Source: the human T2T-CHM13v2.0 reference genome, Homo sapiens. Taken from it: DNA of 64,000 bases. Where the stretch lies: NCBI RefSeq assembly GCF_009914755.1, contig NC_060944.1; one strand, written 5' to 3'. Numbering within the stretch: position 1 is the first letter of the stretch; each line of letters starts with the position of its first letter. The translations under genes and the position numbers were made by a program. Shown piece by piece: positions 28,491 through 42,749 of the stretch. The notes beneath the pieces were generated by a model. The model searched no databases. It was not told the origin of the DNA and was given only the letters and a program-made list of their open reading frames with translations.

Positions 28491-29379
28491 AGATAATCAG
28501 CAACTCAAGAAAAAGAAAAATACTTCATAAAAAACGAAATGAGTCAAAATTAAATATGACATGGATTTGAGCAACTAGGGCCATATCAACAAAAAAGGAA
28601 ACTCTGTTTCCTCTGAAGTACCACCAGAGTGGTGACATTGGAACCTTAGGGATCACAGTAGTTGTCTTTGTGGTATCATCATAATAATACATAACACTGG
28701 TTGTTGTTTCCCAACTTTTAGAATCAATACACAGGCAATGAACAAAAAACTAAACTGTGGCTACAAAACATAAAAAAGATGTAGTCAATCCGAAAGGTGT
28801 ACAAAGTAAGGTACAACCAACAAAGGTTTGGAGGTAGGAGGTATGAGGTATGAGGAGCAAACACAATGGGAAGAATGGGAATCCTCACTTCCTCATCATT
28901 CGACATAGTAAACAATTGTCAATACCTGTGCAGCAAGAGATAGTTTTAGGTAAGCTTCTCAATTTTCTAAGTCACCAGTTGGAGAAAGGTGATGCATGTG
29001 GGCATAGGTGACTCTATTAGATGAAGCAGAGCAAGAAAGAGGAAGTAGTATACTGCCACGATGCATGCAAACTTAACATTATCAAGGTTAATAAGCTGGA
29101 TATCAAGGCTTTTGCACAGATTGATATATGTTGCTGGGTAAAAACTTACATTGCTTTCCATGGGATTTATATACAACAGTGAATTAACTATAAAGGCTAA
29201 TTCATTTCGTTGTGATGTTTTGAGATGTCAGCAATATCACTTTGTTAATTTCCACAAAGTCTTCCATATCTTGAAGCCCGGAAGATAGTGCCCTGAGCTT
29301 ATGCATTCTTTAACCCAAACAATCCATATTAGGGACACATATGGCCTTCCAGAGGCACTCTATGGTCTTTCCACTTTTA

Positions 29380-29632
29380 ATTTTTTTAGAAAAACAAGAT
29401 ATCACTCTGTTGCCCAGACTATAGTGCAGTGGCATGATTGTAGCTCACTGCAGCCTCAAACTCCTAGATTCAAGTGATCCTCCCACCTTAGCCTCCCATG
29501 TAGCTGAAACTATAGGTGCACATCCAATTAATTTGTTTATTTTTATTGGAGACGGGGTCTCACTACATTTCCCTGGCTGGTCTTGAACTCCTGGCCTCAA
29601 ACAATCCTCCTGACTCAGCCTCTCAAAGTGCT
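29380..29632 (-). mobile_element. AluJ, degenerate and 5'-shortened
   Basis: 'gctcactgcagcctcaaactcctagattcaagtgatcctcccacc...ctcaaagtgct'. Confidence 0.88.
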
Positions 29633-32600
29633 CCCCACTTTTAATGATGTCTTTTGGTGGCTGAAGAAAAAAGAAGGGAACTTTCTTGTCAGCTTTCATA
29701 ATACAGTAATATTACACCAAGATCTAGTCCCACCCACCAAAAGTAGTCTTTGAATTTCCTCATGCTGAATTGACTTTACAGTCTTCCTTTTTCTCCCTAG
29801 GTCTTGAAGGCTCATGTTAATAGAAAGCAGTCCTAAGATGTGTATTCAGGATTCAATTTGGTATTTGCTAGGTAAGAAATCTGGGCAAGTTTCCTTTTGT
29901 TTTGTAATAATTCCTTTTGATATAATTTTTAACTTGACCAGATTCACCCTCTTTACTTTTCATTTTTGTTTTTGTAACCTTTTAAGAAAGAGAAAGCCAT
30001 ACCCTGCTTTAGGTATTTGTTTGAGTTTCTAATGAGTTTGTAGAGATGAAAATACTATTCCTATTTTAAAGTCCTGTGCCAATTCCGGGATGAAAGATGG
30101 AGTCACAGAAAGGGTATCTTAAGGGAAATAGTATAATAAAGGCAGTGAAAACTACAAGCAAGAGTGATATCATCTCATGGGTAAGGCTTTGTTACCCATG
30201 GAAGGTGAAGGACAGCAAGTGCTGTACTATGTGTCAGCACCTTAGCATCATGGGAAATGATCACTTTCCACCGAGGAAGCAGAAATGGTGGAGTGTAAGT
30301 GTGGGGATGCCAATGGCATAGACAGTGCTTTTCCTAACAATAAAGGGAGAGTTAAGAGCCCAAAATACTTCACTTTGCAAAAATCAGAGTGCATGTGTCC
30401 TGGAGGACTGGAATAGAGGGGGAGCTGGTTGAAAAATAGAAAGGAAACTATTAAAAATCGTTGAATTATAACTTAAAGCGAGCCGATGTGATGGTATGCA
30501 AATTATATCTCAATATGGCTGTTCAAAACAGGGCAGATGTTGTGGGTCAGGAAAACCTTGTATAAAAAGGTCAAGGAATTACAAATCTTGGGCAAACACT
30601 TATTGCATAAAAATAATTGTATCAATAGCTTTTTTATTTCACTCTAAGTACATGTGCTATATATTTTCATTTGAAAAAAATTAAAACTTGCACTTGGAAA
30701 ATTATGCTTCTTTTCCAAGAAGCTCTTAGCTAGCAACTGTTTGTGAGGACTTTATCAAGGGAATCATCACGTTTTCATCATTGAAAATAACAGAGGCCAC
30801 TGCATCTCAAATTATTCCCACAAATGGGAACGAAAGGCACTTCTCTCCTTTAGCATATGGCTAAGTTGGCTTCCATCTTCTCCATCTTCCAGCTAAAGTG
30901 TTATGTGGCAAATGGATATTTTCTCTAAAGGTATCCCAAAGAAACCTTTCCAGGGTAGGCAGCTGCCTCCCATGCAGCAGAAGCTTATGGAATAGTGTAA
31001 ATTAGGGCATCTCCATGTCACTAGACCTACAGAGTCTATGGAAGGTTGCTAACTTACCTAGTGAATTCCAAGCATGGAACAAACAGTTGGAAAGAAAGAG
31101 TCTAAAAGTTCAAAGAATTGCTGCTTCTCTGATGGCAAGCAGGCATGTGGGAGGCTGGGTCTTGGGGTAAAGAGTCAGAGCCACATTTAGGGGAATTGCT
31201 GAAAACAGATTCCAGGAGAAGGTGTGGCATGGAACATCAGATGGCTATTTCACAAGGCTTTTCAACCTCTGGATCACAACTGTTCTCTTTTTTCTTTAAT
31301 TAGGAAGGATTGTGTCCTCAGACTTTCTTCAGATAGCCCCAAAAGGCCCCATCCTAGGAGTAGACCAGCCTTCCTGGCTAGCAGAAATATTACTCAAAAA
31401 GAAATGTAAGTCATGACTTCCAGGAACATTGAGGCTCCTACCTCATTTACCTTAACCCCTATCGAGTATGTTTGCCAGGCTTAAAAGTATATATTATTAT
31501 TCAAGTAATGCACTATTATATTATTTTGTAAAAATTCAAATATGTGGAATTTTCAGAGTCAAAAGTCAAATGTCTTTGACATCTTTGTCATTCCCTTTAC
31601 CTACTCTCCTCATAGTCCCCTTCCTAGATTCAGGAATAACTAGTATCAATTTAGTGTGTATCCTCCCGTACCTTTTTCTACGTTTTTAGATACATAAATA
31701 TTATATGCAGAAATACAGAGTTGTGTTCTGTATCTTAACACAGTAACAGACACTATGCATTCTTATGCAATTTGCTTTTAAATGTTAAGTGTTGCAATGT
31801 TAAAAGCAATTATTGGCTCTCTTTGCCCTGTGGCATACTTATCCGTAAAATGGGAATGTTATAATTTATTTTACCACTTCCTTAATCACGTAGATTTTGT
31901 TTTTCCCCCATTTTCCATTACTATAAACAGCTCTGTAATGAAATTTTCTATACTTGCCTTTGAGCATTTTTTTAGGGAATAAAATGTAGATTCTGGGTTA
32001 GAGGGTAAGCACATTATGCAATTTAATAGATATTGTCAAAATGCCATCCTAAAAAACTGTATCAAATTATACTCCCACCACAGTCTTAACCTATTCTAGG
32101 AAAACCATTTTAGAAGATAGGAAATTTTAGACTCCTGGGTCTAAGTTCTTGGCTTCAGAAGCATTGGGCCATAGGAGCTCAGATATCCATGGAAACCTTC
32201 TTCCAAGGAGGCAATGTTTCCAGACCCACCACACTTTACGGTGGTCTGCAAAGACCATGCCAAGGATTGTGATTTCTCACTAGGACTCCAGTGAGGGAGT
32301 CAGATCCCCACACCTTTTTATGTACTCTTTCTAGGTGAATTATAACCAAAATCAAAATTTGGACTAAAATCAGCCTCCTGTCTTTGTTCTGAAAGTGTAA
32401 GAAATAAAACCTGATTTTGGAAAGGAAAAAGTGGGTAAAAAGAAAAAAAAAAACACTGAGAACAAATTTCAGCCCATGTATAGGACAGATAAAAAAGGTC
32501 AAGTGATTCATCTTTTTTCCCTCTACCTAAATTGCTGCAGCTTCAATGCAACAGAAGTGACTCTGGTTGCAGGAACCATCTTCGGTTGGGATTAACTGTT

Positions 32601-33104
32601 TTAGGAATGCAAGTTAGTATACTGGAATTAGAATGAGCTTGTCTGGGTTCAAGTCCTTGCTCTACATTTATTACCATATCAGCTTGAAGAAGCCATACTG
32701 TTCTTCTTTTCCAGCTCGGAACCTTGGATTGTTCTCTTCTTGGCACGGAATTCTCTTCTTGCAAATTTTCCTGAGGCTGACTTTCTGTTACCATTCGAGA
32801 CCCAAATCAAAGTTCTTTTCTTCCAAAAGGCTGTTGCTAGAACTATTGGAAAAGAGAATTTATATTTCAGTTTGCTTTCTTGGGCCTATTTATGCTGCCT
32901 TAAAGAAAAGACAAGCCTGAGCACAAAGCCAGTACAAAATACTGGGAGAGCCATATTTTTAGTAATATCTTCTGAGCATCCATATCTTAAAAAGCCTTTT
33001 GTCTGGCCTATGTATTCTCACTTACTCTTGAAGGTAGAACACATGCACACACACAAAAACACACACACAATCACACACATGTACACACACGTACCAATTC
33101 TATG

Positions 33105-33470
33105 TAGCACAATGGTTTTCAATTTTGGCTGCTCATTGATATCCCCTAGGAAGCTTTATAAATTCTGATGCCTGTGCCTCACCCCCATTGATACTAATTG
33201 AATTTGTTTGAGGTGTGTTGTAGGCAACAGAATTTTCTGAAGCACCCCAGGTGATCCTATGAGGTATGCCAAGGTAGACAGCAATTGGTTCATTGGTTCA
33301 CAAACTCTTGTTTCCAGATAAGCAGCACTGGCATCACCAGTGAAGTTGCTATATTTGCAAACTCACAGGCTCCACTCCAGACTTCTGGAATTGAATAGTC
33401 CACAGCCAGTATATTTTAACAAACCTTCCATGTGATGCTGATGGATGCTTAGGTTTAAGATCCTCTAATC
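33105..33470. mobile_element. Two adjacent MER5-family MITEs
   Basis: 'caatggttttcaattttggctgctcattg...ccccaggtgatcct' and 'aacaaaccttccatgtgatgctgatggatgc...tttaaga'. Confidence 0.7.
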
Positions 33471-35857
33471 TAGAGAGGTGATTTGGCAATTTTAGCCACT
33501 ACATGGCTTTTTGCCATTGTGAGAAATTTGCTGCTATTAGATGAGAGGTAGATGAAACTGCTTGAGTCCTGGCCATGCTTTGGAGCTAGGGAGAGGTAGA
33601 AGAGGTGATGATGGGTTTCCTGCTGCCTTGACAAGATTAGGGAGAGTGATTTAAACATGTCTACTTCAGTGCAAGGCCAGTTCAATAAAAAATAAAGTCT
33701 CTTCTCTAAGAGCAAAGTTGGTATCACAACAAAGGTGGCAATAGGGCAGCAGAGATTAGAAGAGGAGTCATTGGCAGCATTGGAGAACGCTAGAGGAGTT
33801 GCACCCTCTGGGGTATAAGATGTAGAGGGTTCTTATGGTTCCTGCAGAGGGTGACTCCAGAAGGGACCAGTCAAGCTAGAGAGAAGTCTACACAACCCTA
33901 TTGCCCTCTGCTGGGAAAAACAAAGATTTGGTGTGGATGTGAGTCAGGGCATCCAGAAACGAGGTTTTGGCATCACAGTGTGACTCACCATATCTTCTTT
34001 GCCATTTCTTCCAACAGTCAGAGATTCATGTGCCAGGTAAGACACAGCACATTAAAGGAGAAGCAGCAGGTCAGTAGAACAAGTTTAACCTGTTATATTA
34101 GTCTGTTCCCACATTGCAATAAAGAAATACCCAAGACTGGGTAATTTATAAAGAAAAGAGGTTTAATTGGCTCACAGTTCTTCAGGCTATACAGGAAGCA
34201 TAGCAGCTTCTGGGGAGGCCTCAAGAAACTTTCAATCATGGTGGAAGGTGAAGGGGAAGCAGACACACTTTACATGGTCAGAGAATATGGAAGTAGGTGC
34301 GGGGACTAACAGATTTTATGCTCACTTACTCACTATACAGTACCAAGAAGGGATGGTGCTAAACAATTCATGATAACTCTACCCCCATGACCAAATCACC
34401 TTCCAACAGGCCCTATCTCCAATATTGGGGATTATAATTTGAGATCATATTTTGGTGGGGAACACATATTCAAACCAAATCATTCTGCCCCTGGCACCTA
34501 CCAAATCTCATGTTCGTCTCACATGGCAAAATCCCACCATGCATTACCAATAGTCCCCCAAATTCTTAACTCATTCCAGAATTAACTCTAAAGACCACAG
34601 TCCAAAGTCTCATCTGAGACAAGGCTAGTCCCTTCTGCTTATGTGCCTGTGAAATAAAAAACAAGTAAGTTACTTGCAGGATACAAGGAAGTACAGGCAT
34701 TGGGCAAATACTCCCCTTCCAAAAGGGAGAAATTGGCAAAAAGAAAGGGGCTACAGGCCTCATGTAACTCAAAAACCCAGCAGGGCAGTCACTAAATCTT
34801 AAAGTTTCAAAATGATCTCCTTTGACTCCGTGTCCCACATCTTTGCATGTGCACTCTCATGCAAAGGGTGGGCTCCCAATTTCTTGAGCAGCATCACCCC
34901 TGTGGTTCTGAAGGGCTCAGGTCCCCCCAGCTGCTTTTAAGGGCTGAAGTTGAGTGCTTGTGGCCAAGTGCAGAGTGCAAGCTGTCAGTTGATCTATCAT
35001 TCTGGGGTCTGGAGGATGGTGACCCTCTTCTCACAGCTCCACTAGACAGTGTCCCAGTAGAGACTCTGTGGGAGGGCTCCAGTCCCACATTTCCCCTTTG
35101 CACTGTCCTAGTAGAGGTTCTCCATGAGGACTCCTCCTTTGTATCAGTCTTTTGTCTAGACATCCAGGCTTTTTTATACATCCTCTGAAATCTAAGTAGA
35201 GGTTCCCAAGCCTCAACTCTTACACTCTGCATGCCAGCAGGCTTAACACTACATGGAAACTGCCAAGGGTTATGGATTGCAACCTCTGAAGTAGTGGCCT
35301 GAGCTGTACCTGGGACCCTTTGAACCACAGCTGGAGCTGGAGGAGCAGGGGAACAGTGTCCTGAGGCTGTGCAGGGTGACAGGTCCTTGGGCCTGATCCA
35401 CAAAACCATTCTCCCCTCCTAGGGCTCCAGGCCTGTAATGGAAGGACTACTAAGAAGGTCTCTGAAATGCCTTTGAGGCCTTTGCCCATTGTCTTGGCTA
35501 CCAGCATTTGCCTTCTTTTTAGTTATGCAAATTTCTGCAGCTTGCTTGAATTCCTCCCCTGAAAATGAGCTTTTCTTTTCTACCATATTGCCTGGCTGCA
35601 AATTTTGCAAACTTTTATCCTCTTCTTCCCTTTTAAATATAAGTTCCATTTTCTGGTTATTTATTTGTTCATGCATGTGAGCATAGGCTTTTAGAAGCAG
35701 CCAGGTCATATCTTGAATGCTTTGCTACTTAGAAATTTCTTCTGCCTGATACCCCAAAACATCACTCTTAAGCTCAAGCTTCCACAGATCCCTAGAGCAG
35801 GGGAACTATGCAGCCAACTTCTTCACTAACACAAACAAATGTGACCTTTGACTACAG

Positions 35858-36172
35858 TCCAGCACTTTGGGAGGCTGAGTGAGCAGATAGCTTGAGCTCA
35901 GGAGTTAGAGACTAGCCTGGGCCATATGGTAAAACTCCATCTCTACAAAAAATACAAAAATTAGCTGAGCATGATGGTGCATGCCTGTAGTCCCAGCTAC
36001 TTGGTAGGCTGAGGTGGGAGAATCACTGAATCTGGGAGGTCAAGGATGCAGTGAGCTGAGATTGCACCACTTCACTCTAGCCTGAGTAACAAAGAGAGAC
36101 ATTGTCAAAAAGAAAGAAAGGAAGAAAGAAAGAAAGAGAGAGAGCGAGAGAAAGAAAGAAAGAAAAAAGAAA
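35858..36172 (+). mobile_element. 5'-truncated AluJ with (GAAA)n tail in MST internal region
   Basis: Starts at 'tccagcactttgggagg'. J-type 'gcttgagctcaggagtt' and 'ggaggtcaaggatgcagtgag'. Confidence 0.9.
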
Positions 36173-36623
36173 GAGACATTTGCTCTAGTTTCCAATAAGT
36201 TTCTCATTTCCATGTGAGACTTCCTAGGCTGAGGGCCTAGACTTTACTATCCATATCACTATCAGCATTTTGGTCACAATCATTCAACAAGTCTCTAGGA
36301 AGTTCTAAACTATCCCTAATCTTCTTGTCTTCTTCTGAGCCCTCCAAAATGTTCCAATCTCTGCTCATTACACAGTTTCAAAGTTGCTTCCACATTTTCA
36401 GGTATCCTTATAGCCATGCCCCACTCCTCAGTACCAATGTTCTGTATTAGTCCATTCTCACACTGCTATAAGGAAATACCTGAAACTTGGTAACTTATAA
36501 AGAAGAGAGGTTTATTTGGCTCAAGTTCCACAGGCTATAATGAAAGCATGATTCTGGGGAGGCCTTAGGAAAGTTATAATCATGGCAGAAGGTGAAGAGG
36601 GGGTCAGCACTTCACATGGTCAG

Positions 36624-37057
36624 TGTCAGGCCTCTGAGCCCAAGCCAAGCCATTGCATCCCCTGTGACTTGCACGTATACGACCAGATGGCCTGAAGTAA
36701 CTCAAGAATCACAAAAGAAGTGAAAAGGCCCTGCCCTGCCTTAACTGATGACATTCCACCATTGTGATTTGTTCCTACCCCACATTAACTGAGTGATTAA
36801 CCCTGTGAATTTCCTTCTCCTGGCTCAGAAGCTCCCCCACTGAGCACCTTGTGACTCCTGCCCCTGCCCACCAGAGAACAATCCCCTTTGACTGTAATTT
36901 TCCATTACCTTCCCAAATCCTATAAAACGGCCCCACCCCTATCTCCCTTCGCTGACTCTCTTTTCGGACTCAGCCCACCTGCACCCAGGTGAAATAAACA
37001 GCCATGTTGCTCACACAAAGCCTGTTTGGTGGTCTCTTCACACGGACACGCATGAAA
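36624..37057 (+). promoter_or_regulatory. HERV-H 5' LTR (LTR7 family, LTR7B/Y-like)
   Basis: tgtcaggcctctgagcccaagc...catgaaa. TATA 'tataaaa' at 36921-36927, AATAAA at 36993-36998. Confidence 0.93.
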
Positions 37058-37059
37058 TT

Positions 37060-37077
37060 TGGTGCCGTGACTCAGAT
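37060..37077 (+). other. Primer-binding site complementary to tRNA-His 3' end
   Basis: tggtgccgtgactcagat versus expected TGGTGCCGTGACTCGGAT (1 mismatch). Confidence 0.92.
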
Positions 37078-37200
37078 CGGGGGACCTCCCTTGGGAGATC
37101 AATCCCCTGTACTCCTGTTCTTTGCTCCATGAGAAAGATCCACCTATCACCTCAAGTCCTCAGACCAACCAGCACAAGGAACATCTCACCAATTTTAAAT

Positions 37201-37209
37201 CAGGTAAGC
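37201..37209 (+). promoter_or_regulatory. HERV-H major splice donor
   Basis: CAG|GTAAGC about 145 nt downstream of the 5' LTR, the usual position in HERV-H. Confidence 0.8.
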
Positions 37210-37642
37210 GGCCTCTTCTTACTCTCTTCTCCAACCTCTCTCACTGTCCCTCAACCACTTTCTCCTTTCCACTCTTCAATCTCTCCCTTCTCTTAATTTC
37301 AATTCCTTTCATTTTCTGGGAGAGACAAAGGAGACACGTTTTATCCATGGACCCAAAACTCTGGCGCCAGTCACGGACTGGGAAGGCAGCCTTCCCTTGG
37401 TGTTTAATCATTGCAGGGACGCCTCTCTGATTATACATCCATGTTTCAAGGGTGTCAGACCACACAGGGATGCCTGCCTTTGTCCTTCACCCTTAGCGGC
37501 AAGTCCCGCTTTTCTGGGGAAGGGGCAAGTACCTCAACCCCTTCTCTCCTTGTCTCTACCCCTTCTCTGCTTTTCTGGGAGAGGGGCAAGTACCCCTCAA
37601 CCCCTTCTCCTTCACCCTTAGCGGCAAGTCCCGCTTTTCTAG

Positions 37643-38171
<529 letters not shown>

Positions 38172-39016
38172 TAGCCTATATTCTTAAGAACTTAAAACTT
38201 CTTCAACTCTCACCTGACCTAAAATCTAAGCATCTTATTTTCTTCTGCAATGCCGCTTGACCCCAATACAAACTCGACAGTAGTTCCAAATAGCCAGAAA
38301 ATGGCACTTTGAATTTTTCCATCCTGCAAGATCTAAATAATTCTTGTAGTAAAATGGGCAAATGGTGAGGTGCCTGACATCCAGGCATTCTTTTACACAT
38401 CAGTCCCTTCCTAGTCTCTGTGCCCAGTGCAACTCGTCCCAAATCTTCCTTCTTTCCCTCCCTCCTGTCCCCTCAGTCCCAACCCCAAGCGTCGCTGAGT
38501 CTTTCTAATCTTCCTTTACTACAGACCCATCTGACCTCTCCCCTCCTTGCCAGGCCAAGCTAGGTCCCAATTCTTCCTCGGCCTCCGCTCCTCCACCCTG
38601 TAATCTTTTTATCGCCTCCCCTCCTCACACCTGGTCCAGCTTACAGTTTCGTTGTGTGACTAGCCCTCCCCCACCTGCCCAGCAATTTACTCTTAAAAAG
38701 GTGGCTGGAGCCAAAGGCATAGTCAAGGTTAATGCTGCTTTTTCTTTATCCCAAATCAGAAGCGTTTAGGCTCTTTTTCATCAAATATAAAAACCCAGCC
38801 CAGTTCATGGCTCGTTCGGCAGCAACCCTGAGACGCTTTACAGCCCTAGACCCTAAAAGGTCAAAAGGCCATCTTATTCTCAATATACATTTTATTACCC
38901 AATCTGCTCCTGACATTAAATAAAACTCCAAAAATTAGAATCTGGCCCTCAAACCCCACAAGAGGACTTAATTAACCTCACCTTCAAGGTGTACAATAAT
39001 AATAAAAAAAAAAAAG

Positions 39017-39232
39017 TTGCAATTCCTTGCCTCCTCTGTGAGACAAACCCCAGCCACATCTCCAGCACACAAGAACTTCCAAACGCCTGAACTGCAGGAG
39101 CCAGGCATTCCTCCAGAACCTCCTCCCCCAGGAGCTTGCTACACATGCCGGAAATCTGGCCACTGGGCCAAGGAATGCCCGCAGCCCGGGATTCCTCCTA
39201 AGCCGTGTCCCATCTGTGTGGGACCCCACTGA
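39017..39232 (+). pseudogene. gag: HERV-H gag nucleocapsid remnant
   Basis: [14 protein letters not shown] is a CX2CX4HX4C knuckle; the second motif CPICVGPH is cut by a stop. Confidence 0.88.
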
Positions 39233-39402
39233 AAATTGGACTGTTCAACTCACCTGGCAGCCACTCCCAGAGCCCCTGGAACTCTGGCCCAAGGCTCTCT
39301 GACTGACTCCTTCTTGGCTTAGCAGCTGAAGACTGATGCTGCCTGATTGCCTCGGAAGCCCCGTAGACCATCACGGACGCCGAGCTTCAGGTAACTCTCA
39401 CA

Positions 39403-40260
39403 GTGGAAGGTAAGCCTGTCCCCTTCTTAATCAATATGGAGGCTACCCACTCCACATTACCTTCTTTTCAAGGGCCTGTTTCCCTTGCCTCCATAACTGT
39501 TGTGGGTATTGATAGCCAGGCTTCTAAACCTCTTAAAACTCCCCAACTCTGGTGCCAATTTAGACAATACTCTTTTAAGCACTCCTTTTTAGTTATCCCC
39601 ACCTGCCCAGTTCCCTTATTAGGCTGAGACACTTTAACTAAATTATCTGCTTCCCTGACTATTCCTGGACTACAGCTATATCTTGTTGCCACCCTTCTTC
39701 CCAATCCAAAGCCTCCTTTGCATCCTCCTCTTGTATCCCCCACCTTAACCCACAAGTATAAGATACCTCTACTCCCTCCTTGGCGACCCTTACCATCTCA
39801 TTAAAACCTAATCACCTTTACCCCACTCAACACCAATATCCCATCCCGCAGTGCGCTTTAAAAGGATTAAAGCCTGTTATCACTCGCCTGCTACTACATG
39901 GCCTTTTAAAGCTTATAAACTCTCCTTACAATTCCCCCATTTTACTGCCCAAAAACCAGACAAGCCTTACAAGTTAGTTTGGGATCTGCGCCTTAGCAAC
40001 CAAATTGTTTTGCCTATCCACCCTGTGGTGCCCAACCTGTACACTCTTTTGTCCTCAATACCTTCCTCCACAACTCACTATTCCGTGCTTGATCTTAAAG
40101 ATGCTTTTTTCACTACTCCCCTGCACCCCTTGTCCCAGCCTCTTTTTGCTTTCACTTAGACTGACCCTGACACCCATTAGGCTCAGCAAATTACCTAGGC
40201 CGTACTGCCGCAAGGCTTCATAGACAGCCCCCATTACTTCAGTCAAGCCCAAATTTCATC
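39403..40260 (+). pseudogene. pol: HERV-H protease/RT remnants
   Basis: FLINMEATHS (degraded DTG protease motif), YKLVWDLR and YSVLDLKDAFF (RT). Frameshifts and stops. Confidence 0.88.
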
Positions 40261-42097
40261 CTCATCTGTTACCTATCTTGCATAATTCTCATAAAAACAT
40301 ACATGCTTTCCCTGCTGATCATGTCCGATTAATCTCCCAAACCTCAATCCCTTACAAAACAACAACTCCTTTCCTTCCTAGGCATAGTTAGCGCTGTCAG
40401 AATTCTTACACAAGAGCCAGGACCGCACCCTGTAGCCTTTCTGTGCAAACAACTTGACCTTACTGTTTTAGCCTAGCCCTCACGTCTGCGTGCAGCGGCT
40501 GCCGCTGCTTTAATACTTTTAGAGGCCCTAAAAATCACAAACTATGCTCAACTCACTCTCTACAGTTCTCATAACTTCCAAAATCTATTTTCTTCCTCAT
40601 ATACTTTCTGACGCATATATTTTCTGCTCCCCGGCTCCTTCAGCTGTACTCACTCTTTAAGTCCCACAATTACCATTGTTCCTGGCCTGGACTTCAATCT
40701 GGCCTCCCACATTATTCCTGATACCACATCTGACCCCCATGACTGTATCTCTCTGATCCACCTGATATTCACCCCATTTCCCCACATTTCCTTCTTCCCT
40801 GTTTCTCACCCTGATCACGCTTGATTTATTGATGGCAGTTCCACCAGGCCTAATCACCATACACCAGCAAAGGCAGGATATGCTATAGTACAAGCCACTA
40901 GCCTTCCTCTTAGAAACTTTCATTTCCTTTCCATCATAGAAATCTATCCTCAAGGAAATAACTTCTCAGTGTTCCATCTGCTATTCTATCTGCTATTCTA
41001 CTACTCCTCAAGGATTATTCAGGCCCCCTCCCTTCCCTACACATCAAGCTCGAGGATTTGCCCCAGCCCAGGACTGACAAATTAGCTTTACTCAACATGC
41101 CCTGAGTCACAAAAACTAAAATACCTCTTAGTCTAAGTAGACACTTTCACTAGATAGGTAGAGGCCTTTCCTACAGGGTCTGAGAAGGCCACTGCAGTCA
41201 TTTCTTCCCTTCTGTCAGACATAATTCCTCAGTTTAGCCTTCCCACCTCTATACAGTCTGATAACAGACCGGCCTTTATTAGTCAAATCAGCCAAGCATT
41301 TTTTCAGGCTCTTAGTATTCAGTGACAGACAAATGGTCTATTAGAAACACACCTCACCAAGCTCAGCCACCAACTTAAAAAGGACTGGACAATACTTTTA
41401 CCACTTTTGCTTCTCAGAATTTAGGCCTGTCCTCAGAATACTATAAGGTACAGCCCATTTGAGCTCCTTTTTATTAGGCCCCAGTCTCATTCCAGACACC
41501 AGACCAACTTGGACTGTGCCCCCAAAAAACTTGTCATCCCTACTATCTTCTGTCTAGTCATACTCCCATTCACCGTTCTCAACTACTCATACATGCCCTG
41601 CTCTTGTTTACACTGCCAGTTTACACTGTTTCTCCAAGCCATCACAGCCATCTCCTGGTGCTATCCCCAAACTGCCACTCTTAACTCTTGAAGTAAATAA
41701 ATAATCTTTGCTGGCAGGACTATGCTGAATCTCCTTAGGCACTCTCTAATCAGATGTCCTAGGTCCTCCCAATTCTTATACCTTTTATACCTGTTTTTCT
41801 CCTTCTCTTATTCCATTTAGTTTTTCAATTCATACAAAACCGTATCCAGGCCATCACCAATCATTCTATACGACAAATGTTTCTTCTAACATCCCCACAA
41901 CATCACCCCTTACCACAAGATCTTCCTTCAGCTTAATCTCTCCCACTCTAGGTTCCCACACCACCCCTAATCCCGCTTGAAGCAGCCCGGAGAAACATCG
42001 CCCATTCTCTCTCCATACCACCCCCAAAAATTTTCGCCGCCCCAACACTTCAACACTATTTTGTTTTATTTTTCTTATTAATATAAGAAGGGAGGAA

Positions 42098-42531
42098 TGT
42101 CAGGCCTCTGAGCCCAAGCCAAGCCATTGCATCCCCTGTGACTTGCACGTATACGACCAGATGGCCTGAAGTAACTCAAGAATCACAAAAGAAGTGAAAA
42201 GGCCCTGCCCTGCCTTAACTGATGACATTCCACCATTTTGATTTGTTCCCGCCCCACCTTAACTGAGTGATTAACCCTGTGAATTTCCTTCTCCTGGCTC
42301 AGAAGCTCCCCCACTGAGCACCTTGTGACCCCCGCCCCTGCCTACCAGAGAACAACTCCCTTTGACTGTAATTTTCCATTACCTTCCCAAATCCTATAAA
42401 ACGGCCCCACCCCTATCTCCCTTCGCTGACTCTCTTTTCGGACTCAGCCCACCTGCACCCAGGTGAAATAAACAGCCATGTTGCTCACACAAAGCCTGTT
42501 TGGTGGTCTCTTCACACGGACGCGCATGAAA
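42098..42531 (+). mobile_element. HERV-H 3' LTR (LTR7 family)
   Basis: About 10 mismatches to the 5' LTR by manual alignment. AATAAA at 42467-42472. Confidence 0.95.
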
Positions 42532-42749
42532 ATCAGCGCAGGAGGCAGGGATGGGGAGGAGCTACACACATTTAAACAACCAGATCTCACCACAACTCAC
42601 CCACTATTATGAGAACAGAACGAAGGGAAAATTTACCCATTGATTCAATCACCACCCACCAGGCCCAACCTCCAACACTGAAAATTACAATTTGACATGA
42701 GATTTGGGTGGGGACACAGACCCAAACCATATCACCTGCAGTGTCGAGC

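Noticed and set aside
34566-35709. Several overlapping ORFs up to 171 aa, similar to those at 4249-5237
   Set aside because: Fragments of the MaLR internal ORF. The similarity between the two regions reflects shared THE1/MST ancestry, not a segmental duplication.
37060-37077. tRNA-His-related sequence
   Set aside because: Only the 18-nt retroviral primer-binding site, not a tRNA gene.
39017-41450. Possibly functional retroviral Gag/Pol
   Set aside because: Stops, frameshifts, a mutated protease active site and large pol/env deletions.
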